From positions 100,874,001 through 100,938,000 of the forward strand of contig OX597823.1 of the NCBI GenBank assembly GCA_951406725.2: a stretch of DNA of 64,000 bases, written 5' to 3'. The DNA comes from Octopus vulgaris. Lineage: Eukaryota. The position numbers and the translations under genes are program-made. Numbering within the stretch: position 1 is the stretch's first letter; each line of letters begins with the position of its first letter. The notes below the pieces were generated by a model that was not told the origin of the DNA, did no database searches, and saw only the letters and a program-made list of their open reading frames with translations. Shown piece by piece: positions 1 through 14,880 of this stretch.

Positions 1-79
1 AAGATAATTAACACTTATATCTGTGTTACTTCAAGAAATTTTCTTGAATACAGTTCACACACACCACACACACACAAAG

Positions 80-765
<686 letters not shown>

Positions 766-1352
766 TCATCATCATTTAGCGTCCGCTTTCCATGCTAGCA
801 TGGTTGGACATATATATATATATATATGTGTATATAAATATATATATGTATATATATGTGTGTATATATATACATATATATGTGTGTGTGTCTAATTCAA
901 ATCTTTGTTTTATTATAAAATGTTTCTTCTTGTTTCATTGTGACAATTAAAGAAGAATATTAGAAACCAATTTTGTATGTTTTTTCTTTGTTTTGTGTCT
1001 TAAATAAACATCAAATAGATTTATTTACAATGCAAAATAATAATACTAGATTAAAATCTTACAAAAATATGTAGAAAGAAATTATGGTGACTATATATGT
1101 GTGTATTGCAAAGTTGCTGGTGTGTCTGCTAATAAAACACATTTAAACATTATGTAATTTATGTTATAATTTAAAAAAATTAGGAACTGATTCTTCAGTT
1201 TTATTCTGATCCTGTGTATGTTTGTGCTTGTGCGTGTATTTGTATATGCATATATATATCATCATCTTTCAACATCCATTTTGCATGCTGACATGGATTG
1301 GACGTACATATAAATGCATGTATAATTAAATATACACACATACACACACACA

Positions 1353-1388
<36 letters not shown>

Positions 1389-1908
1389 CACACATACAAA
1401 CATATAAATATGCACACACCTACACAAAAAGTTTGTGTGCAGCAGTGTATATGCACACTACAGAAGCTAACAGTGCATAAATAAATAATAAATAAATAAA
1501 TCTTTTTTTCAAACATAGGGAAAAAAATCTAAAATCACAATCTTGGGTATTAAACAGAAATTAGTAAATTATCCCCCAAGAACAAGAAAATATTAGTGCA
1601 AGAGTCAGACCCAGATTACTGTCCAGAATATAGAGACTGGTAGTAATCAGAAAGATGTGGACCAGAAATGGAATGGAATGGCTTCTGATAGAATTTTAGT
1701 TTTAGGTTAGATAACTGTATTCAGCAAAACCCACCACTAACTTTTCCACCTCAAATCTGTCAGTCTTCATATGTGTTGGGGTAACTAATCATAATCTAGC
1801 TTTAGCTGGCCCCTGACCTCCACTCAGCATTAAACATCAGCATCAGATTTCTCTGTCTCTTTCAGGTAAAAAAAAAAGATATCATTTTGAAACATCTGCA
1901 AACATTAC

Positions 1909-1964
<56 letters not shown>

Positions 1965-2654
1965 ACGCGCGCGCACACATATACAGCATATCCTGCATGT
2001 AGAGTTATATGTACAACTGCTACTGGTGAGTTTAGAGCTCTGTATAGAGTATTACTAGTTTTATGATATAAAGAGTAAATGTAGGAGAAATTATGATAGA
2101 CACAAGTTTATAACATTTGTTCCCTATGAGTAATTCACTGATTGTGTTTATTTGCAGTCTCTGCATTGGATGTTCCAAGTGCAATTGGTTGCTGAACCAC
2201 AACAGATGATGCACCTGAAAAATACGATTCATATGTTGCAAATAATCACAATAGTAAAATGTAGGGAGAGAATAATTAACATAAACTTGTGTTTATCATA
2301 ATTTCTGGCATGTGTATGTGTGTTCATTTTTTTTTTCAGTGGTATGTGTTGTGAAGTGAGAAAATGAGAGAAGGGACAGGAACAGGTTTCATAGAAACAT
2401 GGCTACTTCAGTTTGCATTATAGGAGGGTAAAAGCAATTGGGGTGGAGTGGGAAAGAGAGATAGAGGAGAGTGGTGAGAAAGCATCAGAGTACACACACA
2501 CACACACACACATGTACATTGCAAGAAAAATAAAGCATATAAGTATGTGTGTGTGTTTTAGGTTGAGTTATAATAAAAGCAATTTAACATTAAACTGAAC
2601 AATTACTCAGTACTTTTTTTATACAGTACATATTTATTTCATGAAGTGGGATGA

Positions 2655-2735
2655 CACTGACTACAAAGTTTTGGCTTGCTACCCTTTGTCAGGCAATCTG
2701 ATGAAAGCTTGCAGGCCGAAACTCCAAAATCACTG
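2655..2735. ncRNA. Degenerate head-to-head pair of hammerhead-ribozyme-like motifs
   Basis: Plus: CTGATGA(2698-2704)-aagcttgcaggcc-GAAA(2718-2721)-ctccaaaatcactg. Minus from 2692: CTGACAA-agggtagcaagcc-AAAA-ctttgtagtcagtg. The two align with each other and both are mutated. Confidence 0.4.
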
Positions 2736-2752
2736 AAAGCCCTCTTGGGAAA

Positions 2753-2797
<45 letters not shown>

Positions 2798-3481
2798 TAT
2801 ATATATAATATAGAATATATGTAGACTCCTTGAAAGCCATTTTTGTTCATCTAATCCATTAATTAGTTAATACACATGCACAGATAGATATAAATAAATG
2901 GTATAATAGAATCCTAAGTAAATGATGGATGTATTATGCAGGACAAGATACTTATTCTCTACTTTTACATGATTTTGTTCAATTTCAGAATAGATTTGCT
3001 GGTTCTTGGTTTCTGGCGAGCTAATCACTGGTTTGTTACATTTTTGATGGTGAGGGATGCTGACAAAGGGTTTCATTTAAAAGTATTGGACAGTAACATT
3101 TTTTTCAACCCTCAACACATCTTCCTCCCCTCAGAGCTACAACCACACCAGATGATGCAAACAGAAATCATCATCTATGTTTAATAGTTACCAATAATTT
3201 GAGCAGTTGATTGGGACAACCATTAGAGCAGCATTGGACAAAATGCCTTGTAATACTTATTCTCACACTTCACATTCATCATCATCATCACCATTTAATG
3301 TCCACTTTCCCATGCTTCAATGGGATGGATGGAGTTTAATGAAGCAGGTTTTTTGCCAGATGTCCTTCCTGTTGCCAACCCTCACATGTTTCCAAGCAAG
3401 GTAATATTTCCTCATGGTCAGACATGTTTTCACAGGATATGAGAAATGAATTTCATTCATTTACAACACACACACACATAG

Positions 3482-3612
3482 AGGCTTCTTTCAGTTTTGC
3501 CTTATGAGATCTACTAGCTGGTCTAGGGTTATAGTAGAAGATACTAGCCCAACATGCCACATAGTAGGACTCAACCTGAAACCATATGGTTGGGAAGCCA
3601 GGCTCTCAACCA
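3482..3612 (-). mobile_element. tRNA-derived SINE, degenerate 5' portion
   Basis: Aligns by eye to the SINE heads at 12405-12563 and 60295-60448. Confidence 0.7.
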
Positions 3613-5022
3613 TGCAAGCCCACAACCACAATCCTGCTGAAGACAACTTTTTGGGATGGTCAATAAAATAAAGTACCAGTCAAAAATACTGAGGGCAATG
3701 CTCCTGATCAATCTCCTCCTCCCACCAAAATTGCTGGCCTTGTGCCTAAATTAAAAACAAAGAGTTTATACAGACACACAATGTAATTAGTTTTTCAACA
3801 GTTCTCTCAATATCTTCATGTTCATGTAGTTTCAATAGCAGCATAAATGAAGTTGCTTATGTAAGAACTCAATGAAGTACTGCATCAAAATATGTGCAGG
3901 ATGGTTTGATTAAACTGAAAGCAAGCAAAAATTAGTCTAATGTCAGCAGGGCAGCACAGGTTGCCCTGTTAACATTAGCTGTGAATTTCTAGCTATCGTT
4001 ATTTCCCATTTTTTTTTTAACTACCCAGATAACTGAAGAGAAATTGCTATAAGACAGGCCTATTTTATGCAAGTAATGAAAATATATTCATTAATAGAAA
4101 AATGTGAGTGACAGTGATGACAATGGTGATTATGTGGTCATTAAATAAACTAAACAAATGAATGGGAAAATCTTTCAGAGAATAAAAGAAATATTATTTT
4201 TTCAGTTAGATATTTTATAACAACCATCAGGTACCTATTAATATGGCCTGAATAAACAACAAAAGTATTAACCAACTAAGTAAGATTCTTAAACTATCTA
4301 TCAACACAAGCAATCCAAGTTTCACTTTTAAGAAGAAATATATAATGAAAGTAATATATATATATATATATACACATACCCAAAACAAATAAAACTTTTC
4401 CAAAAGAGAAAAAAAGGCAAATTCTCACCAACCATTCTGATTTTTAGGTGTTGCCAACTAATTCTCTTAAAATATAGCTTTAAAAAATATTAACTCATCA
4501 GATCAGCAATATATATGTATAATTTACATATGTATGCGTTTGTGTGTGTGTATACACATACATACACGTTTGTATGCATATATATGTGTGTATGAACAAA
4601 CAAGTTAAATATGCAATCTATTCCTGTCTGGTTTCGAGAGAATCTTCCATGAAAATAGAGACAGACAGACAGACATAGACAGGCTGTAATTTTACTGATA
4701 TAATTCCATAAAGATAGCCTTAACCTTTAGTTAGTGGTTCAACAACTCACACTCTACAATCAGACTTCACACTATCTGATGGTTAATAGTAAATGTTGAG
4801 TTTAGTTAGGATGTGAACACACACACATTAAAAATAAAACTGAAAATGTCTAAAGTTTACCAAACTGAAATTTCCAAGAAGTTATTACAAAACATAAAAG
4901 CATACATGTATGTTTATACATACATGCCTTTTAATGTGCATATGTGTGTGTGAGTTGAGCGTATATGTATAATTAAGATAAGTATTAGTTAGACAAAAGA
5001 TAATATTCTTTACACACACAGA

Positions 5023-5071
<49 letters not shown>

Positions 5072-6088
5072 AAGAAGCCAACGATTCGTTAGCTTTATGG
5101 GCTGGCTGTGATATTTTCATCTTTAGCAAACAGGCAACTGCTATTTCTTTCAATAAAGTGCAGATATAGCTGGCTAACTATTTATTTCAGATTATGACTA
5201 AGCAAAAAACAAAAGAACAAAGCTTACCAACAACAGCAATCCAAAACACCCCCTTCTTAGCCAAAATAAACCATAATTCTATTATAGTGAAAGAAAAGAG
5301 TAGAGCAACCATAGATGTTATCAGATGAGCTTTCACTCAATGCCTAACAATGCAACTGTTGCTGGTGCAGGCCATCACCAATTTCATCTGATCCAAATTT
5401 TAACCTAATGATGATATAATAATACTGATGTAGCACAAATTTGTTAACTATTCTTATACTAGTACAACCAGGTGCTTTATATCATTTCTTAAAGTCTATC
5501 TTCTAATTTTAATCAGCCTCAAATTGTACTTGATAAATTTCATTGAAGTCATCAATTAATTTAGTTTGAAAATTATTAACACATCTAGGGATTAAGATTT
5601 TGTTATTTTCTGGATAGAATTAAATTTCAGCATACCTTTACTATTCTAAGTGAATTAGGTTATTCAACTTTCATGTCTTCAGGAATAAGAGTCATTCTTG
5701 AAATACAACTCTAAACACAGATAAAGGACTATTTTTCATGTGATAAGCATGTCTTGAAGTACATAAGGGCTTGTGTCTTTTAAAATTTAAAATTTTTATT
5801 TATTAAAAGGTTTCTTTTAGATATTTTCACATAGAACCAATGATATAATATTCATGACAAAGGTTTTAGATCATTTGTTCTAAGCAATATGGGACAGTAA
5901 GACTAATCAATCAGTGCTCAAAAAAGATTATAAATACTTAATTATGCCAATCTAAAGGTTCTCTATGACCAAGTGACAGCATTACTGCTTAACACTTTAT
6001 TTTGAACTGATTCTCATATTTTCATTGTCACCATCCACTAAAAGGGGTTTTATGTACAATTTTCTCTGTCAAAATAAGATGGGTTCAA

Positions 6089-6520
6089 TCATCATCATCA
6101 TTTAACATCTATTTTCCATGCTGGCATAGGTTGGACGGTTTGACTGGGGACTGGGAAAGCCAGGAGGCTGCACCAGGCTCCAATCTGATCTGGCAATGTT
6201 TTTACAGCTGGATGCCCTTCCTAATGCCAACCACTCTGAGTGTAGTAGATGCTTTTTATGTGCCACCGGCATGAGAGCCAGTCAAGTAGCACTGGCATTG
6301 GACACATTCAGATGGTGCTTTTTACATGCTACTGGCACAGGAGTTAGTCAGGGGTGCCATGTGGGAGGGGGGCTGGCATCGACCATGTTCGGATGGTGCT
6401 TTTTATGTGTCACTGGCACGGGGAGCTAGTCAGGCAGTGGCAATGACCCATGGCATGAATGGTGCTTATTGCATGTCACCAGCACGGGAGCCAGTCAGGC
6501 AGCACTGGCGTCGGCCAGCA
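6089..6520 (-). mobile_element. RTE LINE 3' UTR fragment with (CAT)n tail
   Basis: Same 3' UTR tandem subrepeats as 55980-56170 and 60712-61290; ends in (CAT)n. Confidence 0.8.
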
Positions 6521-9500
6521 ATTTAGAACTAAATATTCTTCCAGATTCACTTGAGACAACCATGAAGGAGAAGCAATAATTATTTTTCACCTAAATTGAT
6601 TGAAGCAAATAGAGAAGGTAATAAGGTAATATACTCCTGCTTTTGATTAACTCATAACCTTAGGGACCATGAAATCACCAAAGTTTATGTAGTTTTCTAG
6701 ATGAGGCTGGTGACTGTCCAGAAAGCCCTTTTTATTACTTGTAAGATAATGAGTAATTATAGTAGTATTTTATCTAAAAGTTGACCATGTTTCACAAAGG
6801 AGGTTATGTCTGAAAGAATAGATAACAGAATTTTCAGTCTTGGAATTAGAGTCAAAAATGCTCAAAGAATGAGCCCCATTTTCTATATTTCAGTATTCAA
6901 CCCAGTTAAAGAGCTAAATATTACAAAGCTATTTATAAAATTTTCAAATTAGGTATTTCCTTTGAATTATGATTTGTAACTGTTCAAAAAGAAACAAGGA
7001 GAGAGATAGGGGCTAGATATGATTGAGTTAAATTAATTTGATTATTTCATTTAGCAAAAACAAAGAGAGCTGACTTTACAAAGAGATAATTGAAAAAAAA
7101 AAAAATTCTTCATGGTACAATTGATCAACTCAAACTTTTCTTAATTTTGTAAAATCACCCCAGCCATTTTAGAAAATTTGGATATTTGCACCTGAATTGT
7201 TTAAAGAAATTTAACTATTTCATCATATTTCTATTGAAATACATTTCCTCTGTTTCAATGAATTTTGTAAATGATGAAGAATTTAGATAAAAATTTTTTT
7301 TCATTTTTAAGCTGGAGCTTGGAACATAAATTAACATGACATTTTGATGTAAGGTTTTCACTTTGAAACAGGAAGTTTTTATCATAGAACTATGGATGGT
7401 TTTCAGGTGAGTTGGTATCAAAAGGGTTAATAAGACAGCTGGTTTGTTGTTCCCCACATCAACAATCAAATATGGAGTTTTAATATAATTGCTGCATGCT
7501 TTATCTCCCCATACCCTTAGTGGTCAATAATCTACACCTTGAAATTAATATATTACTTCTCTAAAGCTGATATATACTAACCCATGAAAACTAGTTACAT
7601 CAAACCAAACTAATGAACCTTCACGAGTTTCAAAAAGATTAGCTCTGCATTCATTTATGACTGAGTGAATGAGAAGTAGTCTTATGGATAACTGGTGTAA
7701 GAATACACCATGCTTTAAAATATTTATGGCCAGACTGATGCTATCTTGGAGAAGTAGAACTACATCTTAATCCTTTATGTTTGTTAACTTAACAAAAATA
7801 TCAATAGTTTGAGGTGTGTTAAAATGATAACCTACATTATAGATGTTTGCTTACTGGATGGTTTTTTTAGTCTGGAGAATGTTATAAATGTACTTAAGGA
7901 ATCTAACAGTATGCTGCTTGGTAAAGATCCTACACTCAGACTGACCAAGTTATTAATCCAAACTGGTTCCATTTGGTAGCTTGATCTGTCACAAGCAGAG
8001 CAGGTCACTGTACAAAACAATTATGTTCAGCGATATGCTCACGCTCCAATGCCTATTTCTCACCAAATTTTGTTAGTTATGATAGAAAGGACAGGATTGA
8101 GAGAGAAATCAAGAAAAGATGGATGACTTGAGAGATAAACCATGAGGCAGGAAATGCAGCTTGAATTAGAAAGTATCCTGCACTCACAAGAGGAGTATCT
8201 TTCATTCACACTCCAGATCTCACTTGGTCTTTGAACTTGGATTTCTTGTTTGATAAATTAGGAGATGATAGGGATATAAAAATCAGTTCTGTTATGAAAT
8301 ATAGAAAATATTGATATTTAAATAAATCTGGATGCAGACACCATAAATGAATGTGGAGTTCAACATTGTAAGGTCTAAGGATAAGAAGGAGGGGAGGTTT
8401 TTGGCTAGTGGAGGCACCTATTGATAATCTAAACATCTGTGTTTTTGAATAAGGTAGGTTTCCTAAAGCAGTTGCTCTGGACACACAGTGCTTGTCAAGA
8501 TGTAACATGACAGACGTGCTTAACTTCAGCCATGTTAAAATGATAGACTGCACAATTGATAATCTACTCACTAGAAGTTGTTTCTTGTTGAAGAATATTG
8601 TAACATAGCCTGAGAAAGCAAACATTTCGATGGACTTGCAGCTGACACCAGAATAGCTGGGTCACTGGTTCATTGTCTCAAGGACAACTCTGATCCAGAA
8701 TGATTGATAAAATGGTTGCTTTTTTTCAATACACACTGTCTCTTTTTGATTGCATGAGATTACTCAAAGAGCTTCTTGGACTAAGCAATTTTCAGACCTT
8801 ATTGCTCTCAGGGCATGTAGGTTTAACATGTTGAGTTATTATCTTTAATGCTGAAGGAAAATGAATCTTTTAGTTCAAATGTCAAGGAAACACATGGTCT
8901 TCACCTATTCATTACCATATTTCTGCTGAACAACACTGCTTTTACTTGAATTAATTTTGAAAATAATGAAGAATTTAATAAAATAACTTTGTCATTAAGC
9001 TGGTGTTGCAAGGTTGTAATTCAGATCCCTTTAAAACAGAAACCTTATTACAGAACCAGGAGCAGTCACTGGCAAGTTGATATCAAAAGAGTTAATGAAT
9101 ACTCTTAAGTATTCAGGAACTGACCTTGAGAGTTAGGGTGGATGAAACTGTCGTGGCATTGGCATTTTTATCATTGCTTTTAGATGTATTCCTATACAGA
9201 AAGGATGTAAATGAGTCAAAGTGATGCTGTCTTGGAGAGACAGGCTTATATCTGATTCAACTCCCAACTTAGTCAATTTAACAGAAATGTCAAAGGTCAA
9301 GTCTGTTAAAATAATTAACAGTCTTCTTATCAAATGTTCCTTTTCAGATTAGAACTAATTTGAAAGTGAACCACAGCAAATTATTTTTAAAAAATATATA
9401 AATCAACATCGTTCTAATCAAATGTTTTCACTATTCCAATCTATTGTTGTTATTGTGGAAGTTCAATACCGAATTCCAGCTGAAGTGGTAAAACAACATA

Positions 9501-9699
9501 AATTTGAGATTTGAAACATCTGGGGAGAGCTTGGCCATGTGCATAAGGCACATCTAGCAAAACAACTAGCATTCCAATTACAAAACAGGTTCACCGTATA
9601 ACTATAATCCATGAATTTTAGAGTCGTCTTGAAGTCATTAGTTTATCTTTCTTCTCATTTAGTAACTTTCTAAATCTTTTGATTTTCAAATGTATCTCA

Positions 9700-10012
9700 A
9701 ACATTGAAGTCAATTGAGCAAGGTATTAAATGAATCATCTTCCTCATGGAGGCAGCAACAAGTGACTGAGACAGTTGGTGATATGCCATGCTTGAGAAGA
9801 CCTTTCAAGCCATGTGAGATCGTAGTTGTAGCTGATGCTGGTGCACCCACCACACTGTTGGAGTGGTTGGCATTAGGATGGGCATCCAGCAGTAGAAACA
9901 TTGCCAGATCAGACTGGAACCTGGTGCAGTTCCCCAGCTTAGCAGTTTTCAGTCAAACCATCCAACCCATGCCAGCATGGAAAACAGACAATAAATGATG
10001 ATGATGGTGGTG
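9700..10012 (+). mobile_element. RTE LINE 3' UTR fragment with (ATG)n tail
   Basis: gagtggttggcattagga..ggcatccagc...cccatgccagcatgga..(atg)n, the reverse complement of the other RTE ends. Confidence 0.75.
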
Positions 10013-10177
10013 GTAATGATAATCTTTTAGTAAGTAAGGGAAGGCAGTGCTCATGACCCATTACAGGGTCTTTGAGACAGGTGAGAGGAAGGTATCCTCA
10101 AATCAGAGATTTAGCTTGAATGCTCACAAAGTGGACTCTGTTAAAGATACCTAGGGTGCCAGGTAACCAGGTGAAAT

Positions 10178-11050
10178 CGTCATAATCATCGTTTATGCTG
10201 GAAGGGGTTGGATGGTTTGACATAGAGCTGGCCAGGCTCCAATTGTCTGTTGTGGCATGGTTTCTATAGCTGGATGCCCTTCCTGATGCCAGCCACTTAA
10301 CAGTGAGCTATGTGCACTTTATGTGCCACCAGCATGGGTGCTTTTTATATGGCACCGGCACCCAAAATGACAAGCCTGTATGTGTGGAAGACAGCAATTT
10401 TCTTTAGCTCGATGTGTCTTATCAAGTACTGTAAATCACCACAACTCCCAGTCCCTTGTTATTTCCTCAATGAGGCCCAGTGTCTAAAAATCCTTTTTCA
10501 CCACTTCATCCCATATCTTTCTGGGTCTACCCTTCCACAGGAACCCTTCACAATTAGAACTCGACACTTCTTTATGCAGCAGTTCTCATCCATACGCATC
10601 ACATGATCAAACCCATTGCAGTCTTCTCTCTTGCACACAACATCTGATACCTCTTACACCCAGCTTTCTCCTTAAATCAATTACACCCAGCTGTGTGTGC
10701 ACACTGATATTACCCATCCAGTAGAGCATGTTAGCTTCATTTCTTTCAAGCCTCCACAAGTCCTCTGCAGTCACAGCCCATATTTCACTGCTGTGTGACA
10801 TAGCTTTGTGTACACAGGCATCATACAATCTGCCTTTCACTCTGAGGGAGAGGCCCTTATTTACCAACAAAAGTAGAAGCTCTCTGAACTTTGCCCAACC
10901 CATTCTTATTCTAGCAATTATACTTTCAGAACTTCCTCCACCAATACTAATTTGGTCTCCTAGGTAACAGAAGCTATCTAATGATCCCCCCACCCCCAAG
11001 CATTTGAGGGAGTCTATTGTCTGCACATTTTTAGTGCTTATTGTACTTAT
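10178..11050 (-). mobile_element. RTE LINE 3' fragment (C-terminal ORF plus 3' UTR)
   Basis: ORF 10607-11119 contains DSFCYLGDQI...ARIRMGWAKFREL...QERRLQW, matching the RTE at 55280-55640. Confidence 0.85.
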
Positions 11051-12061
11051 TTTATCAATCTCTATTTGTAGAAGCAATAAGTTAAAGGGCATAAAAGAAC
11101 ACAACATAAACACAGACATGGCTATCTTATATATATATATATATATATATATAAGTGTGTGTGTGTATGGCCTAGAGTCCTAAAGTTAATATAGGAAAGA
11201 CCAAAATGTTCAACATATGGGAAATGAGTAGAAAGGAACTCAATACCAATTTGGACATAAAAGATGTAGTGGGATTACTGGCAGAATGACAGAACAGTTA
11301 GCAGCATGGTCGCCCATGAAATGATTACATTTGTTGACAAAAAGCAGATTATGAAGCATGTTTGAAGAGTGTGATGTTGAATGCCAGTAAGACATGGACA
11401 TTGCATGAGAAAAATGTATGGAAATAAGAGAATTGAGTACAGTCCATTAGGTGGGTAGTAATATCTTGCATGAGAGGTGATGCATAAATTAACCAAGAGA
11501 CTAGTTAGGCATTAAGTACATCAGTTAACCATGTTGTATACCAACCCACTTGAGACTGCTTCTAATTGAATGATACAATCATTTTGTTTTAAAGTGATCT
11601 AAATTAAAACCTTCCACCAAAATATCATGTTAATTTATGATCCAAACACCAAATTAATAGAAACAAAGTTATTTTACTAAAGTCTTCATTATATTCAAAA
11701 TTAATTGAAACAAAGGCCCTTGCATTTCAAAAGAAAAGTAGTAAAAAAATGCTAATGCATGTGGTATGACTATGAATGTCATGGGGAAAATGTGCAATAT
11801 ATTTACAATGTAAGGTTTAATGACATAAGAAGACTCAGGGTATCATGAGGAACAGTGGTCATATCTTCTTAAGCTGCTGAGCCTCAGAAAAAGCATGACA
11901 CAGGATTGTGAAGAAGGATGATATGCTTTGTGGCAGACCTGTCCAATCCATGCCAGCATGGTCAAATGGACATTAAAATGATGATACTTTTGAAAATATA
12001 CAGTATTATATTATAATACAATATCGCAATAATTATAGTAAGATGCACAATGGGCTTTTTA

Positions 12062-12563
12062 TTCTTTTACTTGTTTCAGTCATTTGACTGTGGCCATGCT
12101 GGAGCACTATCTTCAGTCAAAGAAATCAACCCCAGGACTTATTCTTTGTAAGCCTAGTACTTATTCTATTGGTCTCTGTGTCTGTGTTTGTCCCCGCCGT
12201 CATCATTTGACAACCGATGCTGGTGTGTTTATGTCCCCATAACTTAGCAGTTTAGCAAAAGAGACTCAGTACTAGGCTTACAAAGAATTAGTCCTGGAGT
12301 CGAGTTCTTTGGCTAAAACCCTTTTAAGGCAGTGCTCCAGCATGGCCACAGTCAAATGACTGAAACAAGTAAAAGAACAAAAGAATATATAAATATACAC
12401 GTCGGGCTTCTTTCAGTTTCTGTCAACCAAATCCACTCACAAAGTTTTGGTCAGCCCGAGGTTATAGCAAAAGACATTTGCCCAAGGTGTCACGCAGTAG
12501 GACTGAACCCGGAACTATGTGGTTGGGAAGCAAGCTTCTTACCACACAGCCACTCCTGCGCCT
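12062..12563 (-). mobile_element. tRNA-derived SINE containing an inverted middle-plus-tail segment
   Basis: Head with A box TGGCTGTGTGG and B box GGTTCAGTCC at 12563-12500 (minus); tail on minus at 12062-12177 and again on plus at ~12178-12378. Confidence 0.8.
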
Positions 12564-14722
12564 GTTTATATTATAAAAATGATGGAATGATAAAGAAGAA
12601 AATTTGCTTACTCAATACAGCCAAAGCCGTGAAAGACATTTTCAGTTTTCTTATAAGTATTAGATTTTGTAATCAGATAATTGCTAACAGGACATATTGT
12701 TTTTGAGAAAAGAAGTAAGTAGTTGCAATTACTTATAAAATACAGAAGAAGAAGAATTCACCCAGCACACACCGCAAAGTGGTTGGCATTAGGAAGGGCA
12801 TCAAGTCATAGAAATTATACCAAAGTTGACACTGGAACTTGACTCTGTCAAACAGGCCAACCCTGTATGGAAAACATGTAAAATGATGATGATGATTTAT
12901 ATAAAGAAACTATAATATACACACACACATATATATATATACACACAAACTATAGGCAATCCCTGTTTATTTTGAACTCAAACCACACTCCCATTAAAGA
13001 TTAGTTATGTACTTAGCTGCTGGTGTAGTGAATTTGCAGATATTAAAATTAAAAATTTGAAAAACAAATGATAAGAGTGCCTAGTTTAGTTTAATGTCTC
13101 ACACCATCTAAGTATTGACTGATCATTCTTGAAATTGAGCAAATTAAGGAATTCATAACTTAGGTATAAAACCTCATTTAAATAGAGTTAATTGTATAAT
13201 AGTGTAGAAGTAAAGGGGATGCAACATCTGGTAGATAAGAGGCCTGATGCAACTCCTTTCTACACTGGTATATTTCAAGGGAGGAATTGTCAGCTAACTA
13301 AACAAATGTAAGAGAGCGAGATAAGTGATAAGGTGTGTGTGTGTGTGTATAAAACAACTGATGATCAGTTACTCTTTTCAGTTTCACTTAACTACTATAT
13401 ATATATGTGTGTGTGTATTATATTACACACACACACACAGACACACATAATGTATATGTAGCAGAGAGTAATTCTATTAAGACATCGCAAAATATGCAAG
13501 AAATTATTTTTTTTAAATATAAAAAATACCTGTAAACTCTGCAGTAAAAAAAAATTATTAAATTGCCGACCTTCTGAATTGCACCATTCACTAGAGCAAT
13601 GCTTCCCTGTAGAAGATTCGGGAGGGGGGTTTACACCTCTCCTCTTGCATACAATGAGAAACAGGTAAGTTTTGAAATTGGAGGAACTGAACTGAAGTGA
13701 AGAGCACTGCAAAGCAATAAACTATGAATTTTGCAATGCAGCGACTGATTCCAACAACCAACTATAAATGAGACACTCTAATGCAGTCACACAGTATGGT
13801 AGAAATAGCGACCAAATATCCTTGAAATCACATTCTACTGATAAAAGGAACAAAAAAGGAGGATGGACACATTGGACAATGTAGTTTTAGACATACAATA
13901 GAAGAGGGATGGTCATGGCTGGAACTCGTTTAGGCATAAATCAGCTTGACAGGTTGATTTGGGGCTAAACAACAACAACGAGTGGCTGTAGCACCTTGGG
14001 GTACCTGCTGTTTTCAGCTGTTGGAGCCCTCTGTCATTCTCTTAATATAGTTGAGGGTGGAGGGGGAAAACCCCCAAAACAATAAAATCACAGCCCTGTT
14101 AGTGTGAACTTTCGTTTTTTTCACACACAGTTAATGTTTCCTTTTACTTGCAATGTGAAAAACAATTTATGATATTATTATTATTATGCTAGAGTATAAG
14201 AATGTTATAGGGAAACTCTTACCCTGGATGATCTATTCAAGTAAGTTGTTTTTGAAGACAACATACATATATGTATATATGAGTGTGTGTGTGTGTATAT
14301 GTATGTATGGATAGATAAGAGTTCTTAATTTAGCATCAAGATGTATGGTACCATCTGTTACAGAATTACAACCAGAACCACATCCTCCCTTCGTTTATTG
14401 ATGTAATATTAACACATCTCCTCCTCCCTCTTATCTTAAATAGAGACCTGACAAGCTGTAATTATGAATTAACGGGTGCAGCTAATTTTCAAATGAAATT
14501 TCTTGATTAGCCGTGAAGGCATAGCTCAAAGAGCTTGGAAGGACATGCTCAAGGAAGGTATAAAAATAATAGTGAAGTACCTATCAAGATATGAAATGGG
14601 GAGTGGGAGTTTGTAATAGAAGAGCACACACACATACATACACACACATATATATATACACACACCCAAATAAAGATGTGCATGTGTGTGTATGCATGTA
14701 TGTGTGTGTATAAACACACACA

Positions 14723-14880
14723 CCATATTTACTCGTGTATACTTCCTGATTTAGTGTTAAACAAAAAAAAAAATTTTCCCTTCATAGTTTCTGCATTGTA
14801 CCGTGTATAAGTCGCACCCCACTTTTTTAACAGTTAAAATAAAGTATAAAATAGAGCGACTTATACACGAGTAGATACGT
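14723..14880. mobile_element. Short Tc1/mariner-superfamily (pogo/Tc2-like) MITE
   Basis: TIR-like ends CCATATTTACTCGTGTATA / TATACACGAGTAGATACGT, with an internal GTGTATAAGTCGC / GCGACTTATACAC inverted pair. Confidence 0.55.

Noticed and set aside
1850-2230. Possible exons suggested by splice-like signals (tttcag|gtaa at ~1865, gtgagt at ~2026, ttttatttgcag at ~2156)
   Set aside because: No recognisable coding frame; cannot be supported without transcripts
7800-8760. Short ORFs in non-microsatellite sequence (e.g. 8206-8625)
   Set aside because: No recognisable motifs; probably an old, unidentifiable repeat
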